From Octopus bimaculoides (lineage: Eukaryota): DNA of 64,000 nt. Both the position numbers and the translations under genes were made by a program. The stretch lies in assembly GCF_001194135.2 (NCBI RefSeq), contig NC_068989.1, forward strand, positions 7,401,973-7,465,972, read 5' to 3'. Shown here in pieces: positions 62,563 to 64,000 of this stretch. Within the stretch, counting starts at the first letter, position 1; each line of letters opens with the position of its first letter. The notes below the pieces were generated by a model, which did not search any database, was not told where the DNA came from, and saw nothing but the letters and a program-made list of their open reading frames with translations.

Positions 62563-63390
62563 AATGTGGTGTGCAAGAGAGATGACTGTGCTGGTATGGT
62601 CATGTGTTACATATGGATGAGGACAGCTGCGTGAGGAAGTGTCAGCCCCTAACTATGGAAGGAACCTGTGGAAAAGGTAGACCCAGTAAGACATAGGATA
62701 AGGTGGTGAAGCATGACCTTTGAACACTGGGCCTCACAGAGGCAATGACAGGAGACCGAGACCTAAGGAAATATGCTGTGATCAAGAAGACCCGACAACT
62801 AAAGTGAGATCACAGCTACATATGTTCCACCCAGTTAAAAGCAGCCCTGATGCATCGTGCGATATATGCTTGAGAAGACCTGTTGAGTCAAGTAAAACCA
62901 ATATTGTAGCTGTGGCCAGTGCCGCCTGACTGGCTCCCATGCTGGTGGCATGTAAAAAGCACCATCCAAATGCGGTCGATGCCAGGTCCGCCTGACTGGC
63001 TCCCGTGTCGGTGGCACGTAAAAAGCACCATCCGAGCATGGCCAATGCCAGTTTCCCCTGACTGGCTCTTGTGCGGGTGGCACATAAAAAGCACCAACAG
63101 AACATGGCTGATGCCAATACCCCCTGACTGGCACCCATGCCGGTGGCATGTAAAAAGCACTATCCGAACGTGAACGATACCAGGCTCGCCTGACTGGCTC
63201 CTGTGCCGGTGGCATGTAAAAAGCACCCCTTACACTCTCAGAGTGGTTGGTGTTAGGAAGGGCATCCAGCTGTAGAAACATTGCCCGATCAGATTGGAGT
63301 CTGGTGCAGCCTACTGGCTTGCCAATCTCCAGTCAAACCATCCAACCCATGCCAGCATGGAAAGCAGATGTTAAACGATGATGATGAGGA
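62563..63390 (+). mobile_element. RTE-clade LINE 3' end with a 66-bp tandem array in the 3'UTR
   Basis: Degenerate ORF2 tail (WYGHVLHMDEDSCVRKC...GKGRP). About 4.75 x 66-bp repeats at 62915-63228, then the common RTE tail and (GAT)n. Confidence 0.8.
62915..63228 (+). repeat. 66-bp tandem repeat, about 4.75 copies
   Basis: Unit starts at 62915, 62981, 63047, 63113 and 63179. Consensus GCCAG..C.GCCTGACTGGCTCC.GTGCCGGTGGCA(C/T)GTAAAAAGCACCATCCGAACGTGGCCGAT. Confidence 0.9.
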
Positions 63391-64000
63391 TGAACAGAAA
63401 TTTGAAACCCATTTTATATTCAAATCATAAACACAACAGGCTTACTCACTAGAAAACAGGACGCCAAACCTCTTGGACCCAGACTAATATCAGGCTGAAC
63501 TCGATTGCTATCTCTTGAGTAGAGAGAAATGAAAGATAAGAAACTTGATCTTTCTGTACAAAATATATTTTTTTCACTTCTCTTTTCTATCTTTTTTCTG
63601 TCCTCAACGAATCTAATGAATGCACAAACCACTCCTTTTTATCTCTTTCAACCAAGATCATCTTCATCGTCATCATTTAATGCCCACTTTTCGATGTTTG
63701 CATGGGTCAGGCAGAATATGTTGAGGCAGATTTTCTATGGTCAGACGTTCCCCTTGCCCCCCACACTCATCTGTCACTTTAAGTTGACAACATACCATCA
63801 CTTTACTGTGCTGCTACTGCATAAATCTCTCTCAGAGATTTAAAAATGTATTATTTCTATTTTCAAGATAATATTCTCCTGTGGTTTCTTTGAGCCAAAG
63901 CCAGGAACTTTCCAGCACCTCCTCGTAGCAATAAGGGTAACAAAAACAACAACAGAGCAATGAAATTGTTTATTGGTAATGATAAATATAAATCTCAATA

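Noticed and set aside
62915-63228. Possible CRISPR-like array
   Set aside because: The units are contiguous tandem repeats with no unique spacers, the context is eukaryotic, and there are no cas genes.

Overview
AT-rich, gap-ridden eukaryotic DNA dense in microsatellites and SINEs. It is most likely an Octopus draft assembly; this is inferred from a squid-type DFPase gene and the repeat landscape. I reconstructed four complete protein-coding genes by hand, all with GT-AG introns and consistent phases. (1) A 5-exon BTB-BACK-Kelch gene (+, 12063-16566, 583 aa). (2) An intronless CPSF2 (-, 21778-24108, 776 aa). (3) A 12-exon DSCC1/DCC1 (+, 25121-36184, 399 aa), head-to-head with CPSF2. (4) A 5-exon squid-type diisopropylfluorophosphatase, DFPase (-, 39511-58439, 310 aa). 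There is also a signal-peptide exon of an unknown secreted protein running off the left edge (-, 495-570). The rest is tRNA-derived SINEs, RTE LINE 3' ends, CR1-like and R4/Dong-like LINE relics, TTAA (piggyBac-like) and mariner-like MITEs, a hAT relic and LTR-like pieces. The most unusual observations are two host coding fragments embedded inside transposons. One is a 103-bp DFPase exon-2 copy inside a TTAA-MITE; its divergence is strongly synonymous-biased, which points to a second DFPase paralog or a formerly functional exon as the source. The other is a 78-bp exact CPSF2 fragment joining two SINE halves. No CRISPR, rRNA or bona fide tRNA genes are supported.
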